A model generated the notes under the pieces. That model made no database searches and had not been told where the DNA came from. It saw nothing but the letters and a program-made list of their open reading frames with translations. A DNA stretch of 64,000 nt from Octopus vulgaris (Eukaryota), in the NCBI GenBank assembly GCA_951406725.2, contig OX597834.1:16616001-16680000 (forward strand), written 5' to 3'. This document shows, in pieces, positions 14,669-27,760 of this stretch; within the stretch, counting starts at the first letter, position 1, and each line of letters starts with the position of its first letter. Both the position numbers and the translations under genes were made by a program.

Positions 14669-15642
14669 GCCAAATTATAATGATGGCTTTTCAAGAGGTC
14701 AGGAGAGCTGATGCACACTCTGCACATCTGATAATTGCAACTGGCCAACTGAGATGGCAACGCTAGTTCTGTTGCGCATCATGCGAGGTTGTGCCTATCA
14801 CACAGCAACTTTTATCTTTTACTTGTTTCAGTCATTAGACTGTGGCCATGCTGGAGCACCTATGTTGAAGAGTTTTTAGTCTAATGAACTGATCCAAGTA
14901 CTTTTTTTCTTAACCCTTTAGTATTTAAACCGGCCATATCCGGCCAAAATATTTAATCTGTTTTATGTTCAAACTGACCAGATCCAGGCTCTCACACCTA
15001 CCCTACAATGTTATTCTACATTAAGTAATTACACCATCAAGATCTTGAAGATATGAGATAATGCATGATTAATTCAAATCAATGTGAATCAATAGGCATT
15101 ATGTTTGATGGAATAATCAGAACACTAAAGGGTTTAGCCTGGTAGTTACTCTATCGGTCTCTACTGTTGAACTACTAAGTAACAAGGACTGACTTAAGCA
15201 CACTGACACTGGTTGTCCAGTGGTGGTGGAGGACAATCACACACACACACACATACAGGATGGGCATCTTTCAGTTTCAATCTACCAAATCCACTGAAAA
15301 AGGCTTTGGTCGGCCTGAAGCTATAGTAGAAGACACTTGCCCAAAGTGACATGCAGTGGGACTGAACTGGAAACCATGTGGATGGGAAGCAAGCTTCTTA
15401 CTACACAGCCACACCTGTGCCTAACTATGACTATGACAACTGATGTTGGTGTGTTTACGCCTCCATAACTTAGCGGTTTGGCAAAAGAGACTGATAGAAT
15501 AAGTAGTAGGTTTGCAAAGAATAAGTCCTGGGGTTGAATTTTTCGACTAAAAAAACCCTAGAAGGTGGTGCTCCAGTATGGCCTTGGTCTAATGACTGAA
15601 ACAAATAAAAGTATATATATATATTACACACACAGTGTATAT

Positions 15643-15677
<35 letters not shown>

Positions 15678-15684
15678 TTATTTA

Positions 15685-15730
<46 letters not shown>

Positions 15731-15761
15731 TATATATATATACACATATATACACAATACA

Positions 15762-15799
<38 letters not shown>

Positions 15800-17243
15800 C
15801 ATACATATATACAGAAACACACCTGTATATATCTATATATATGCATGTGTATATGCATGCACAAAAAACAACATAACAAACACAAAAATAATCGGTTTTA
15901 TATACCCTTATATACACAGACTAAAACCTGATCAAACAGACAGCTAATATGGATAAGGTGGCATTTGGGAATCAAAAAGGCATTAAGCGATATTTGCCAA
16001 ACATGAAATTGAAGAATACAGTAGAGAGGAAGAGAGCCAATGACAACAAATACAGCAGAAAAGCACACACAAAAAAAAACCCCAAAGAATATACAAGTAA
16101 ATGTCACAATGCTAATTGATTAAGTTAGGCAAACAAAGAATTGTAGCCTGCCTTACTAAATGGACAGGAAGCTGCGTTTGATGTTGGAATTTTCTGGAAT
16201 GTTGATACAAGGAAATGGATCCTCATGTGTGTGTGTGTGTGTGTGTGTGTGTAGGTGTGTGTGTGTATTGTAGCTCTGAGCTGACTGATACCTTGTGAGT
16301 GAAAGCAGCAGGTGAAAATTGTATGAGACCCATTGTATGTGTGGAGAGAAATAGAGAGAGAGAGAGAAAGTGTGTGTGTGTGTGTGTGTGTGAGTGCATG
16401 ACAGTGTATGCATGTGCAAAAGTGCATGTGTATATGTGTGTATGAACAAGAGTGTGTACACTTAAAATAATTCTCAGGTAGAATCAGTGTCAGACTGAGT
16501 TTAATAAGGCTGGCCAATAGAATTAAAAGTATAGTTCATTCAATAGGCTTCCGCACAGTTTCCAATAACCTAATTTTATTCACAAAGCTTTACAGTAGAT
16601 AGTGGCCCAAAGGGCCACATGGTGTAGTTGAATATGGAATGTCATGATAGCAAAGCAAGATTCTCCTTATTCGTTCCTCAAGGTTTGGCTTCCTCCCTCA
16701 AAAGATTGCGATGTACCCACAGACTATGGTAGAAGACACAGGTCCGAAATTCCACAATGTTAGATTGAACCTGGAATTTTATGAGTGCAAAGTAGACTTC
16801 TTAACCATTCAGCCAGACTCTTAATCAAGCATGGATTCACACATCACACACATATACATAAGCACACATCCACACATAGACATGCACACATGCAGAGGTG
16901 CACACGTGCACACACACAGACATATATGCACACATACACACACATGTACTCATACATACGCATATACACACGTGCACTTACAAACTTGCACACATATGCT
17001 CACATGCATGCAGATACACACTTTCACGCATATACAGACACATACACACATTTATGTATGTGCATACACACACACATGCATGCACAGTCATGGACATCAC
17101 TGACATAGACAAAGACACACACACACACACACACAGAGGCAAAAACAGATCCAATGGTTTCGGCAAGAAAAAAGACGAAATGCAAACGCTTATGGTCACT
17201 TGCCAACAAAGCAGTGTTGTGTTGTGTTGTGTATGTCACTCAC

Positions 17244-17382
17244 CTTTTGTTCCGTCACTGTTGTCGAACCATAATATTCATGTTTGACGTTGACAGAGTT
17301 ACTTTCTTTTACACAGCTGTTGAAGCTGTCACTGTGTATCTGAGAACTGTCAGGTACAACGTAACCTCTCCGGTCGATTAAA
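17244..17382 (-). CDS. ZDHHC14: ZDHHC9/14/18-family exon (139 nt, phase 2 to 0)
   Basis: tttctttctctttccag|T TTA ATC GAC CGG AGA GGT TAC...GAA CAA AAG|gtgagt gives (S)LIDRRGYVVPDSSQIHSDSFNSCVKESNSVNVKHEYYGSTTVTEQK. SLIDRRG is a family-typical motif. Confidence 0.92.
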
Positions 17383-17609
17383 CTGGAAAGAGAAAGAAAT
17401 TTTATAAAAATTCCATTACTTGAGTGTACAGTGTGCTATATATAAATATACATATTAGACAGACAGACAGATAGGTAGATAGATAGGTAGGTAGATAGAT
17501 ATTTGTGTGTGTGTGTGTATATATTTAAATATATATTTGCATTTATATGTGTATAGTGCATATATGTGTGTGTGCATGCATACACATATATCATCATTTA
17601 ATGTCTTAT

Positions 17610-17972
17610 TTATATACAATCGAAATGAATATCAAATGGAAATAGTAGTTGTGATACCTGTGCCGGTGGCACGTAAAAAGCACCATCCGAACGTGGCCGA
17701 TGCCAGCGCTGCCTTGACTGGCTTCTGTGCCGGTGGCACGTAAAAAGCACCATCCGATCGTGGCTGCTGCCAGACTCCCCTGGCACCTGTGCCGGTGGCA
17801 CGTAAAAAGCACCCACTACACTCACAGAGTGGTTGGCGTTAGGAAGAGCATCCAGCTGTAGAAACACTGCCAGATCAGACTGGAGCCTGGCACAGCCTCC
17901 TGGCTTCCCAGACCCCAGTCGAACCGTCCAACCCGTGCTAGCATGGAAAACAGACGTTAAACAATGATGATG
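17610..17972 (+). mobile_element. SINE family C with an RTE-like (GAT)n tail (close copy 40255-40625; related 55590-55995)
   Basis: Internal repeats ggtggcacgtaaaaagcacc, body ggttggcgttaggaag.gcatccagctgtagaaac and tail gcatggaaaa...gttaaacaatgatga. Confidence 0.7.
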
Positions 17973-19298
17973 TATTCTGTATTTGTGTGTGTGTATATTT
18001 TTCAATATATATTTATTTTATTTGTGTATATGTGTGTGCATATATATACATATATAAATACATGTATTTGTGCATTTGTATCTCCATTTGTTTTGGCATT
18101 ATGTGATGGCTGTAAACAAGCACCACTGTCATATAAGAGATGCTCCTCGTTTCCAGTTTTGTGTAGGAATGAGATTCAGCCATGGGGGAATATTACCTTG
18201 CTTGGAAATAGATGAGGGTTGGTGAAAGGAAGGGGATCCAGCTGTAGAAAACCTACCCCCAAAATTCCCTCTGACCCATGCAAACACAGAACAGTGGACA
18301 TTAAATAATGACGATGATGACGAAGACAACATATTTACAACAGGCTTCGCTTGCAGTTTCTACCTACCAGGCTTACTCATGAGGTACTAAACAGTCTGGA
18401 GTTATAGTAGAGTGGCACCAAATCTAAAACTGTGTGGTTGGGATCAGGGATATCCGAATGTCTTGTAAGACTAAGGATCTGCACCTGTAAAGCTCTTCGC
18501 CAAGGGGCAAACCAGGCAAGATTTTAATGTTATACGGATAATACCAGCAGTTGCCTGAATGCATGCCAGTCTGCCCTCAATATGCCCATTCGTGTCATCC
18601 AAGGGAGAGACAATGGTGAATACAGTTTAGCATCAGTGTTCCTGCAAGTATTGCTATCAAAATGGCAAGAGCTAGGACAGAATCGATGCAGCAAGGCAAC
18701 AGAGCCAACACTCTAATAATTCCTGAGACTGTTAAGTAATTAATTAATTAATTAATTAATTAATTGAACACAAAAGGATGAAATATAAAATTGGCTTCTG
18801 TAGAGTATAAACTTAGGAAGTAGAAAGGGAAAAGCATATACTGCAAGGCCTTCTGTCCAAAATTCTCATGGTTCTGACTGGTCCTGATGATTCTGCTAAT
18901 TCTATTGCCCTCAATAATAATAATCTTTTCTACTATAGGCACAAGGTCAGAAATTTGTGGGTCGGAGACTAGTCATTTACATCAATCCCGGTACTCAACT
19001 GGTACTTATTTTCTTGACCCCGAAAGGACGAAAGGCAAAGTCAACCTTGGTGGAATTTGAACTCAGAACATGAAGACAAATGAAATGCTGTTAAGCTTCT
19101 GCCTCATGTGTTAACAGTTCTGCCAGCTCATTGCTTTAAATAATAATGACAACAACAATTACACAAGATGAATTATAATTTGAAGAAACACAAGTAAACA
19201 CAAGTTGAATTTTAAACAATTTACAAAATGAGGCATTAGTAAAAAGTAAAAAAAAAAAAAGAAAGAAAGAAAAGAAATTGACCATTAGCAAAACTTAC

Positions 19299-19408
19299 CT
19301 TGGAGGATTGGGTCCACATAGTACAACAAGGCAATTTTTAAAAATGGACCCTCTGCTATACGGATTAAAATTATCTTGTCCTCTCTTGGATGAAAAGGAA
19401 CCTTTTAT
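19299..19408 (-). CDS. ZDHHC14: ZDHHC9/14/18-family exon (110 nt, phase 0 to 2), PaCCT region
   Basis: tttcattaatag|ATA AAA GGT TCC...CCT CCA AG|gtaagt gives [36 protein letters not shown](S), the NPY...N...LCGP signature of this subfamily. Confidence 0.95.
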
Positions 19409-20283
19409 CTATTAATGAAATAAATATGTCAGTGTGATATGTATGTGGCTGTGTGAGTGATGAGATACTAAAGTTTAGATAATAACAGAAGGAGAACAAA
19501 CATTATTAACCCTTTTACTGCTGAAATCAGATATAACCACTCACAATTTCATTCCCCTTAACTGCAAAAACAAGTTTTATAAAGCATTCTATCTTTTGCT
19601 GAGGAATGTCATATTTGAAATTATTTTTGGCCAAGATATGTCACGTTTATTGAGGCAATGTAACTAGCGACTTGCAGAAATACCAAGTCTATATTTTGGT
19701 AGATATTTAGCATTATCACAGGGATAACCAAGAAATTTAATTTTGCAGTTAAAGGGTTAACTTCTATTAATACTGACCCGCTTGAAACTACCCCTTCTAA
19801 AGGGTTAATATTTAAAATGAAATCTCAGTCAACGTTTCATCACAATATGAATTAACATAGGATTCCAGTTGGACAACACCTTGCATAGTATACTAATAAA
19901 GTTACAGATATATCACATAAGCTAAGGTATAAAGTTAAAGATATATCATACAATATACTATCAAACAAAGTTACAGTTAGACATAGTATATTACATTGTA
20001 CCAATATATATAAATAACCCTCCAAAATATGATTGTTTTGCAAGTTAATTGAAAATACATATGCAATTAATAATATATTTTAATATTTTAGGAAACAGTT
20101 TAGTAAAACATTTCTATTTCAGAAAGAAGTTTAATAAAACAAATACATTTTGGGAAACAGTTTAGTATAATAAATGTAGTTGAGGAAGTAGTTTGTGATA
20201 GCAAATATGTAATAAATAGTTTAGTAAAACAATGATTTCAGGGACCAATTTAAAACACATACGTATATACATATATATATATA

Positions 20284-20512
20284 TTAGAAGAAATAAGGTA
20301 CTCAGAAATCTGGATGGTTTTATATTTACAGATATTTATTAATATGTCAGATGTTTTTATAAATCCTATATTACTGCTTGTGTCCACTCTAGTGGAGTCA
20401 AGCGCTAATATATGATTCATAAAAACATGTGACATAATAAATATAAAACCATCCAGATTTCTGAGTATCTTATTTCTTCTACTATATAATACCTGTATAT
20501 CATCTCCAAACC

Positions 20513-20519
<7 letters not shown>
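20284..20519. mobile_element. Palindromic fold-back element embedded in (TA)n
   Basis: agaagaaataaggtactcagaaatctggatggttttatattt pairs with aaatataaaaccatccagatttctgagtatcttatttcttct, with nested inner arms. No hammerhead core was seen. Confidence 0.6.
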
Positions 20520-20577
<58 letters not shown>

Positions 20578-20747
20578 GTATGTATCATAGCACATAGGTG
20601 CAAGACAAGGTGGAGAAAATAGTACTAGAATACCAAAAGTACAGTACAATAATTATATATTGGAGCTGCAAAAACTTCACAAAACCAATCATCAGACAGA
20701 TCATATTAAAAAACAAAAATTTGTGAATCTCTACAGCTTCAATAAAG

Positions 20748-20805
<58 letters not shown>

Positions 20806-21535
20806 GTTACAGGAACCACAGAGAGAAAAACTGATTTATGATAGAGGCATGAATCATCAGAATGAAGTGGAAAAGATGTGAAATGAGACAACTTGACATT
20901 GTTATTTTATTCTCGTCTTCAACAATATTATGATTCTAACAGTGAGAATGGAAACTGTCGTAGAAAAAGTGTTTTCATGTTGTTTGGTAAGCACAAATGG
21001 CCACACCACAATAACACAAACATTCCACAGAACAAGCAGACAGATGTCATGCCAATGTTCCTGCTGACTTGAGGGGGGGCTACGGTAGATGATTAGTCTA
21101 ACTTAAGAACGTTGTTGATGCTTATTTTGCCAACAAGGTCCAGCTTACATCCAAAAGAATGAGATTTTCTTTCCACAGCCAGTCTATGTCTATTCTACCA
21201 TGCATAAATTGGACACTTTGACAGGAACCTGTGAGAACCAAAAGACTGTGCTGAATCCAATGTTTGTTTGAGCAGGTTTCTACAACCGGATGCACTCTCT
21301 AAAGCCAACCACTTTACAGAATGTAATGGGTGCTTTTACATGGCACTGGCACAAAAAGAAGCACAGTAAAACAACTAAAAAAGGTCCTTGAAATTGTCCA
21401 GGCCATCTCCATCAAGCTGTTAGCCTGAGTCCATTGTGATAGAAACGATTTACAACAGAGAAATAAGTTACAGACTTTATGGGGAGATCTAGTCAACCAT
21501 ATCGATCACCATTAATTTGACTGGTACTTATTAGT

Positions 21536-21829
21536 GAAGGCGCATGGCTCAGTGGTTAGAACGTCGAGCTTATGATCGTGAGGTTGTAAGTTCGATTCCA
21601 GGATCGGGCTGCGTGTTGTGTTCTTGAGCAAGACACTTTATTTCACGTTGCTCCAGTTCACTCAGCTGTAGCAATGAGTTGCGACATCACTGGTACCGAG
21701 CTGTATCAGCCTTTGCCTTTCCCTTGAATAGCATCAGTGGCGTGGAGAGGAGAGGCCGGTATGCATGGGCGACTGCTGGCCTTCCATAAACAACCTTGCC
21801 CGGACTTGTACCTCAGAGTGTAACTTTCT
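21536..21829 (+). mobile_element. tRNA-derived SINE, family D (copies 59815-60137 minus, 41451-41697, remnants 1780-2310)
   Basis: A-box tggctcagtggttaga and B-box agttcgattcc, followed by a non-tRNA body tgtgttcttgagcaagacact. Confidence 0.75.
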
Positions 21830-22250
21830 ATTTTATTAAATGTTAAATAAAATGATGTAGTACAAAACAATCGTACCAAATTACCGGAGTCATTCTTGTT
21901 GCTTATTTCGATTATAATCACCCCACGGATTTTTATGGATAACACCATACAGAATTCTGGTGCATCTAAATTAAGTACCATATTCATTTGAATCTAAATT
22001 TTTGCCGAACTTATATATATATATTAAGGGAAATTGGGTATATTAAATTTACCAACATTTACTTATGAGAAAAAATATTTAGGACAAGTCAATAGATATC
22101 TAATAAAAATATCAGATTTTTTTATAATCTAAAAAGGCTAAGCCTTCAAATTGCATTAATGTCTTTCTCTCTTGTTTGAAAATGAAATTATCTTTTTCCT
22201 TTTTCTTTCTTTGTATTCTCTCTATTAAGAACAATTTGGTTTATACTTAC

Positions 22251-22353
22251 GTCTTCATTTGTGGTCTGTTCCGAGGCTGCCAGATATGTATGGAAGCCCG
22301 CAAGACCAACAACAGACCACACAGAAAAGAAACAAATTACAGCTTCCACCATA
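22251..22353 (-). CDS. ZDHHC14: ZDHHC9/14/18-family exon (103 nt, phase 2 to 0), TM4 plus TTxE motif
   Basis: tccttgacttggtcctac|T ATG GTG GAA...ACC ACA AAT GAA GAC|gtaagt gives (S)[34 protein letters not shown]. TTxE is a conserved DHHC-PAT motif. Confidence 0.95.
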
Positions 22354-23334
22354 GTAGGACCAAGTCAAGGAGCATTCACAATACAATAGCAGAAACAACA
22401 CACATAGACATTCATAGACTAAGCACAGAGATTTTGTTTGTTTGTTGGGTTTTTTTTTTGTGTGTAAAAAGAAGATACTGCGTACAATAGTCTCAAAATA
22501 AGTTTTTAAAAATTACTTTAAAAAGCTTTACAATAGAAAAATAATGAGAATATAAGCTTAACTGTCTGTACAGTACAAGCGGAGACAGGGAAAGCTCTGA
22601 CAACTTTTAAAGCAAACTTTTACTTTCTTTACAAAAGCACATAAAAGAAAGGTATAATAGCCACACTGAAAATATATCAGTATATTACCGGTATTGATTT
22701 TACTGAGCCCATCTCTCCCTCTGCTCCCAACAGATAAATTTGAAATTAGTATGTAGAGAGATACAACTGAATACCGCTAAAATTTTCATTACCAGATTTC
22801 AGTTGAAATACAATGGCTTTGTTTCAATTAATTATGAAAATAATGAAGAGTTTATTAAAATAACTAGGTCATTATTAAAGAGTTTGGAACATAGGTTAAC
22901 ATGAAATTTATATGGGGGGACTTAAATATAGATCGCTTTAAAACAGGAAGTTTGTATCAAAGAACCTTTCATTGCGGTGTTTCTGTTGAAAAGAGTCACA
23001 AGAAATACCACAAGGTATCTTGTCTGATGCTCTTAGAATTTGAACAATTTCAAACATGGGTACAAGACTGCTAGTTTTAGGTTGTTAGTATCATTTTCCT
23101 GGCCCAGAACTATGGTAAACAAAGTTAACTTAGACAAAAATTTAAGCTCAAATGTTTAAGAGGCAGACATAAAGTATTTTGCTGTCCTCTCAAACAATTC
23201 TGTCAATTTTATCAACGCTGAAAGGATGAAAGGCAAAGTCCACCTTGGCAGAATTTGAATGCAGAACATAGTGACAGACAAAATACTGCTGAGCATTTCA
23301 CCAGGTGTGCTAATGACTCTGCCAGCCAGCTACC

Positions 23335-23371
<37 letters not shown>

Positions 23372-26300
23372 TGATGATGACGATTTCAAATTTATGGAAC
23401 AAGGCCAATAATATAAAGGGAAGGCAAGTCAATTACATTGACTCAAGTGCTCAACTGGTACTTACTTCATCGGCCCAAAAAGGATGAAAGGCCAAGTTGA
23501 CCCTGGTAAGATTTGAACCCAGGATGTAAAGAGCCACTAAGCATTTTATCAGTCACAATAATGATTCTGCCAGCTCACAGAATCAATAATAATAATAACG
23601 TTTTTTGTAAGAAAATCTATAACTAATAAATGAAGAATTGATATTCTCCACAAAACTAATGGCAAAACTGGTAAAAAAAAAAAAATCTTCCCTTCCTGTG
23701 TAAAAAAAAAAGGAAATTTGTTTCATGTTCCTGCAAATCTATCAGCAGCCTTAACAGACTTCAAATGTCATTTATAGGCATTGAAGGGGCTGTTCAGGGG
23801 GTAGTTATCAAAGACAAATGTTTCGGGCTTTATTTGTTTATGTGTTTTTTCCCTTCTCCATAAAATGACATTGGGGAATGAATTTTCAACAAATAATGGT
23901 TTAAAAAAATAAAAACTGAGCAGGTATGTATCCATTTGTAATGGATGGTTGATGGGGAAATGTAGAATTCGTTCTGATATTTGGTAACGGGTCGGTGATC
24001 AGAAAAATATATATGTTTATTGCATTTAACAGAAACAACACGAACAGCAACAACAAACAACAGTAACAGCAACAACAGCTACAGTAACAACAAGAACAGA
24101 ATTTATGTATGGTTGCCATATTTGGCAAAAAAAAAAAAAAAGTATGTGGGTGGGAACATGCTTGTTTTGGGTATGGGTTTTGTAAAATACAACTGAAAGT
24201 GGAAATGAAGAAAATAAAATTAAATTCAATTAAATTAATAGAATAAATTATTTCAGAGTGGTAATAAGAATTTTTGTCAATTTCAATATCACAGTTGATT
24301 TTTTTTTTTTTTTTTTTTTTGATTTTTGATTTTTGATTTTTGTTGTTGTTGAATTGCTAAAAATGATTTCGTCTCTGCCTCTGCAGAACATTAACATGAA
24401 TTGTAGCAATTCTGCAACAATGTTAAAAACTGCAACAGCAAGCAGAAAGAGGGGGGAATAATAAAAAAAAGAACAGTAACAGGAGCAGAGGGAGGGATGG
24501 ATGGGTGGATGGATGCTGAGGGTTTTGTTGTGGTGTGGGGTTGACTTGTTGGTATGTAGTCTGTTAGTTTAGCACACAAGAAGTACCATATTATTTCTGT
24601 CTGCTAGCTGACAGAATCTGAAGCTGTTTATGATTAAAAAAATATATGTAAGATTTTAATAATGAGCAGAAAAAGAAAAAAAAAAAAAAAAAGAATGATA
24701 GCTAATATTCTTATCTAGAATTTATGGAGCGTCTCAGAGTAACATTAATCTGAGAGAGATGATAAATAAATAAATAAATAAATAAAAATCAGCTCCTGGC
24801 AAATTCCTTCAGATATGTTTTGATTCCTGGTTGTCACTTCAAAGACGGCAAATTAGCAGACTTGTTAGCATGCTGGATAGACTCATCGTTATCTTCATCA
24901 ATTCCTGGATATTACTCTCTCAGGTCCTTAAGACTCACAGTGCCAGTTACCCAGTTCCTATGGGGTAAAAGTGACAATGTTCCCACTGAATGCAATACCA
25001 GTTTGTCACAGAATTTACTTGTTTACAGCTGTGTGGATGGAGCAATAAGAAATGAAGTGCTTTGCCCAAGAACATAATGCACCACCTGGTCCAGGAATGC
25101 TAACCACAATCTTGCAATCATGACTGCAACAGCCTAACCACCAGGCCACAGGATAAACTGCCTGGCAGTCTGACATGCTGTGCTCTTAGTTCAATTCTCG
25201 CTGAGGCCAACATTGCCTTTTACCCTTTCGGGATCAACAAGCAAGTACCAATCCAAAGGGGTGGACTGATAGAGGTACTAGTGTGCCAAATGAGATACCT
25301 TGTGGTATTTGTTCCTTCTGCTTACGTTCCGATAGCAGTATCTGCGATGACATTAGTGTTAAGCCTCATTGGCCCTTGAGTGGCAGCCTCCGTCTTTGGC
25401 GGCATAGATATGAGTAGCCAAAGTTGATCTCTATGAGATCTGAACTTAGAACAGAGAGAATCGGAATAAATACTGCATAGCATTTCATAGGGAGAGTAAA
25501 GAAAGACAAAAGCAAAAAACTTTGTAAATGTGTGTCATTAATGTGTGGCATGGTTGGAGAGGATGTGTCAAAACTGAGCAGCCATTATTGCTGCAATTTT
25601 TATTTCTTTAACATGTAGTTTAACCGTTTAGCATTTAAACCAGCCAGATCCAGCCAAAATATTCTTTCTGTTTTATGCTCAAACTGGCCAAATCCAACTT
25701 CTCACACCCACCACACACTGTCATTCTAAATACTGAAATCTCAAAGCTATGAGATTATGCATGATTAAGTCAAAACAATGTGAATAAATAAGCATCACAT
25801 TTGACAGAATTATCTGAATGCTAAAGGGTTAAAGAACAAACAGCGAAGATGATTGGTTATGTCAATGATCAGAAACACACATTTTAAAGTTAACCTTGTG
25901 TTTTAGGAAATCCTTGGTGACCCCTCACCATCAGAAGATCTTTTTTTTTTTTCTTTTTTCTTTGCCCAGTCTGAAGGAACTGAGCAGATACCATGACTCT
26001 TGGCATAGTCATTACTGTAAAATGCACCAAGGGTGATGAGATGTAGAGGGGAAAATGGGCTGGGAATGCCTGTTTGATGGATGTATAAAACCAGCCAGCT
26101 CAAAGGAGCAGAAGGAGTGGCGATAGAAAAGGCAGAGAAAGGAGATAGCACAGCTATGGGCCGGAGACTGAAGAAGTGTGCCCGTTAGTGCTTGAAGGCC
26201 AATCAACTAAGTGGCCCTGCTCTGGATGAAAAACAAAATTCAAATAAATAAAAAAGGATGAAACTCATGAGAGGAAATAATGATTTTCTCATTTTAAAAA

Positions 26301-27159
26301 ATGGTACAATAAATTGACCAAACTAAAAGTAAAAAAAAGAAAAAAGTGGCAGGAAGTGAGGAACAGAAGGTGTTTCAATATGAAACTTCAAATAAAGGAT
26401 CTTACAATAAGGAAAGGAAAAAGTAACCAAAAGCAGGTAAACGGATCAACAGACAAACAACATAGGTAACTTCAATTTTAATTCATAATTAACCTGGAAT
26501 TTATATGCAGCTGGATAAAACTATTGTAACTGAACAGCTATTATTATGATTATTATTATTATTGTTATTATCATTATAATGATGATGATTTAGGAAAGAT
26601 CATGTGAAATGAAAGTGAAATGACAATGCGATGAAGATTTAAATAGCAATGTTCACAAAGCAACAACAGTCACGACAGACACATATGCAGTTAATATCGA
26701 GGTAGTAATATTTAGATGACCCTTGGCTCATGCAAACGAAAGCCACAATAAGAAGAATATATCACAAAAAAATCTTTTTTTTTTCTGAAAAGATGAAGGA
26801 TTAAAAAAAAAAACCCAACTTTGATGCAGAACTCAACCAATATATAATATATAAAGATCGTTTGCATTCAGGAAATGAATAGTAACTCACATCTTCATTG
26901 GTTGTCTGCTCTGATGTGGTTAAATAGGTATGAAAGCCAGCCAATCCAATAATTGACCAGACAGAGAAGAAGCAGACAATCGCTTCGATAATAGTGCAGA
27001 AAGGTTAAGGAAGGATCGGTGGGAAAAAAAATAGTTATTTATGATAATAATAAATGAATGAAAGCTAACATGATTGCAATGTGCAGCAGGAATGTGACAA
27101 TGTTCTGTTCCCTGGACAATACCATGATTGGCCAGAGTAATTTTAAAAAATGGGGGGGG

Positions 27160-27760
27160 GGGCGACAGAGATGGGGGAGGGAGGAGAGGGAGAATGGGAG
27201 AGAGAGAGAGAAAAGGAGAAAGGGAGAGAGAGAGAAAAGGAGAAAGGGTGAGAGAGAGAAAAGGAGAAAGGGAGAGAGAGAGAGATAAAAGGAGAAAGGG
27301 AGAGAGAGAGAAAAGGAGAAAGGGAGAGAGAGGGAAAAGGAGAAAGGGAGAGAGAGAGAGAGAAAAAAGGAGAAAGGGAGAGAGAGAGAAAAGGAGAAAG
27401 GGAGAGAGAGAGAAAGGAGAAAGGGAGAGAGAGAGAAAAGGAGAAAGGGAGAGAGAGAGAGAAAAGGAGAAAGGGAGAGAGAGAAAAGGAGATAGAAAAA
27501 TAGGGGGTGAGGAGAGGGGGAGAGAAAGGAAAGGAAGGGGAAAGGAAGAGAGGAGAGAGAAAAGGGGAAAGTTAAAGGGTGATAGAGAAAGGGGGAATAG
27601 AAGAGAGAGTGAGAAAGGGAGTGAGGGAAAAGAGGAGGAGGAGGAGACAGAGAGATGGGAGAGGGAGAGAAAGAGAGAAGAGGAAAGAGATGGTGAAAAA
27701 TGAAGAGGGGAGAGAAAAATGCTAGTGGGGGAATGGAGTAAGAGAGGGAAAGAGAGAGGT
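27160..27760. repeat. Polypurine (GA-rich) minisatellite
   Basis: The unit ~gagagagagaaaaggagaaagg repeats; the plus strand is almost pure purine. Confidence 0.9.

Noticed and set aside
21536-21610. tRNA-like sequence (also 41451-41525 and 56280-56350)
   Set aside because: It continues into a repeated SINE body and I cannot fold a clean cloverleaf; these are SINE heads and not tRNA genes.
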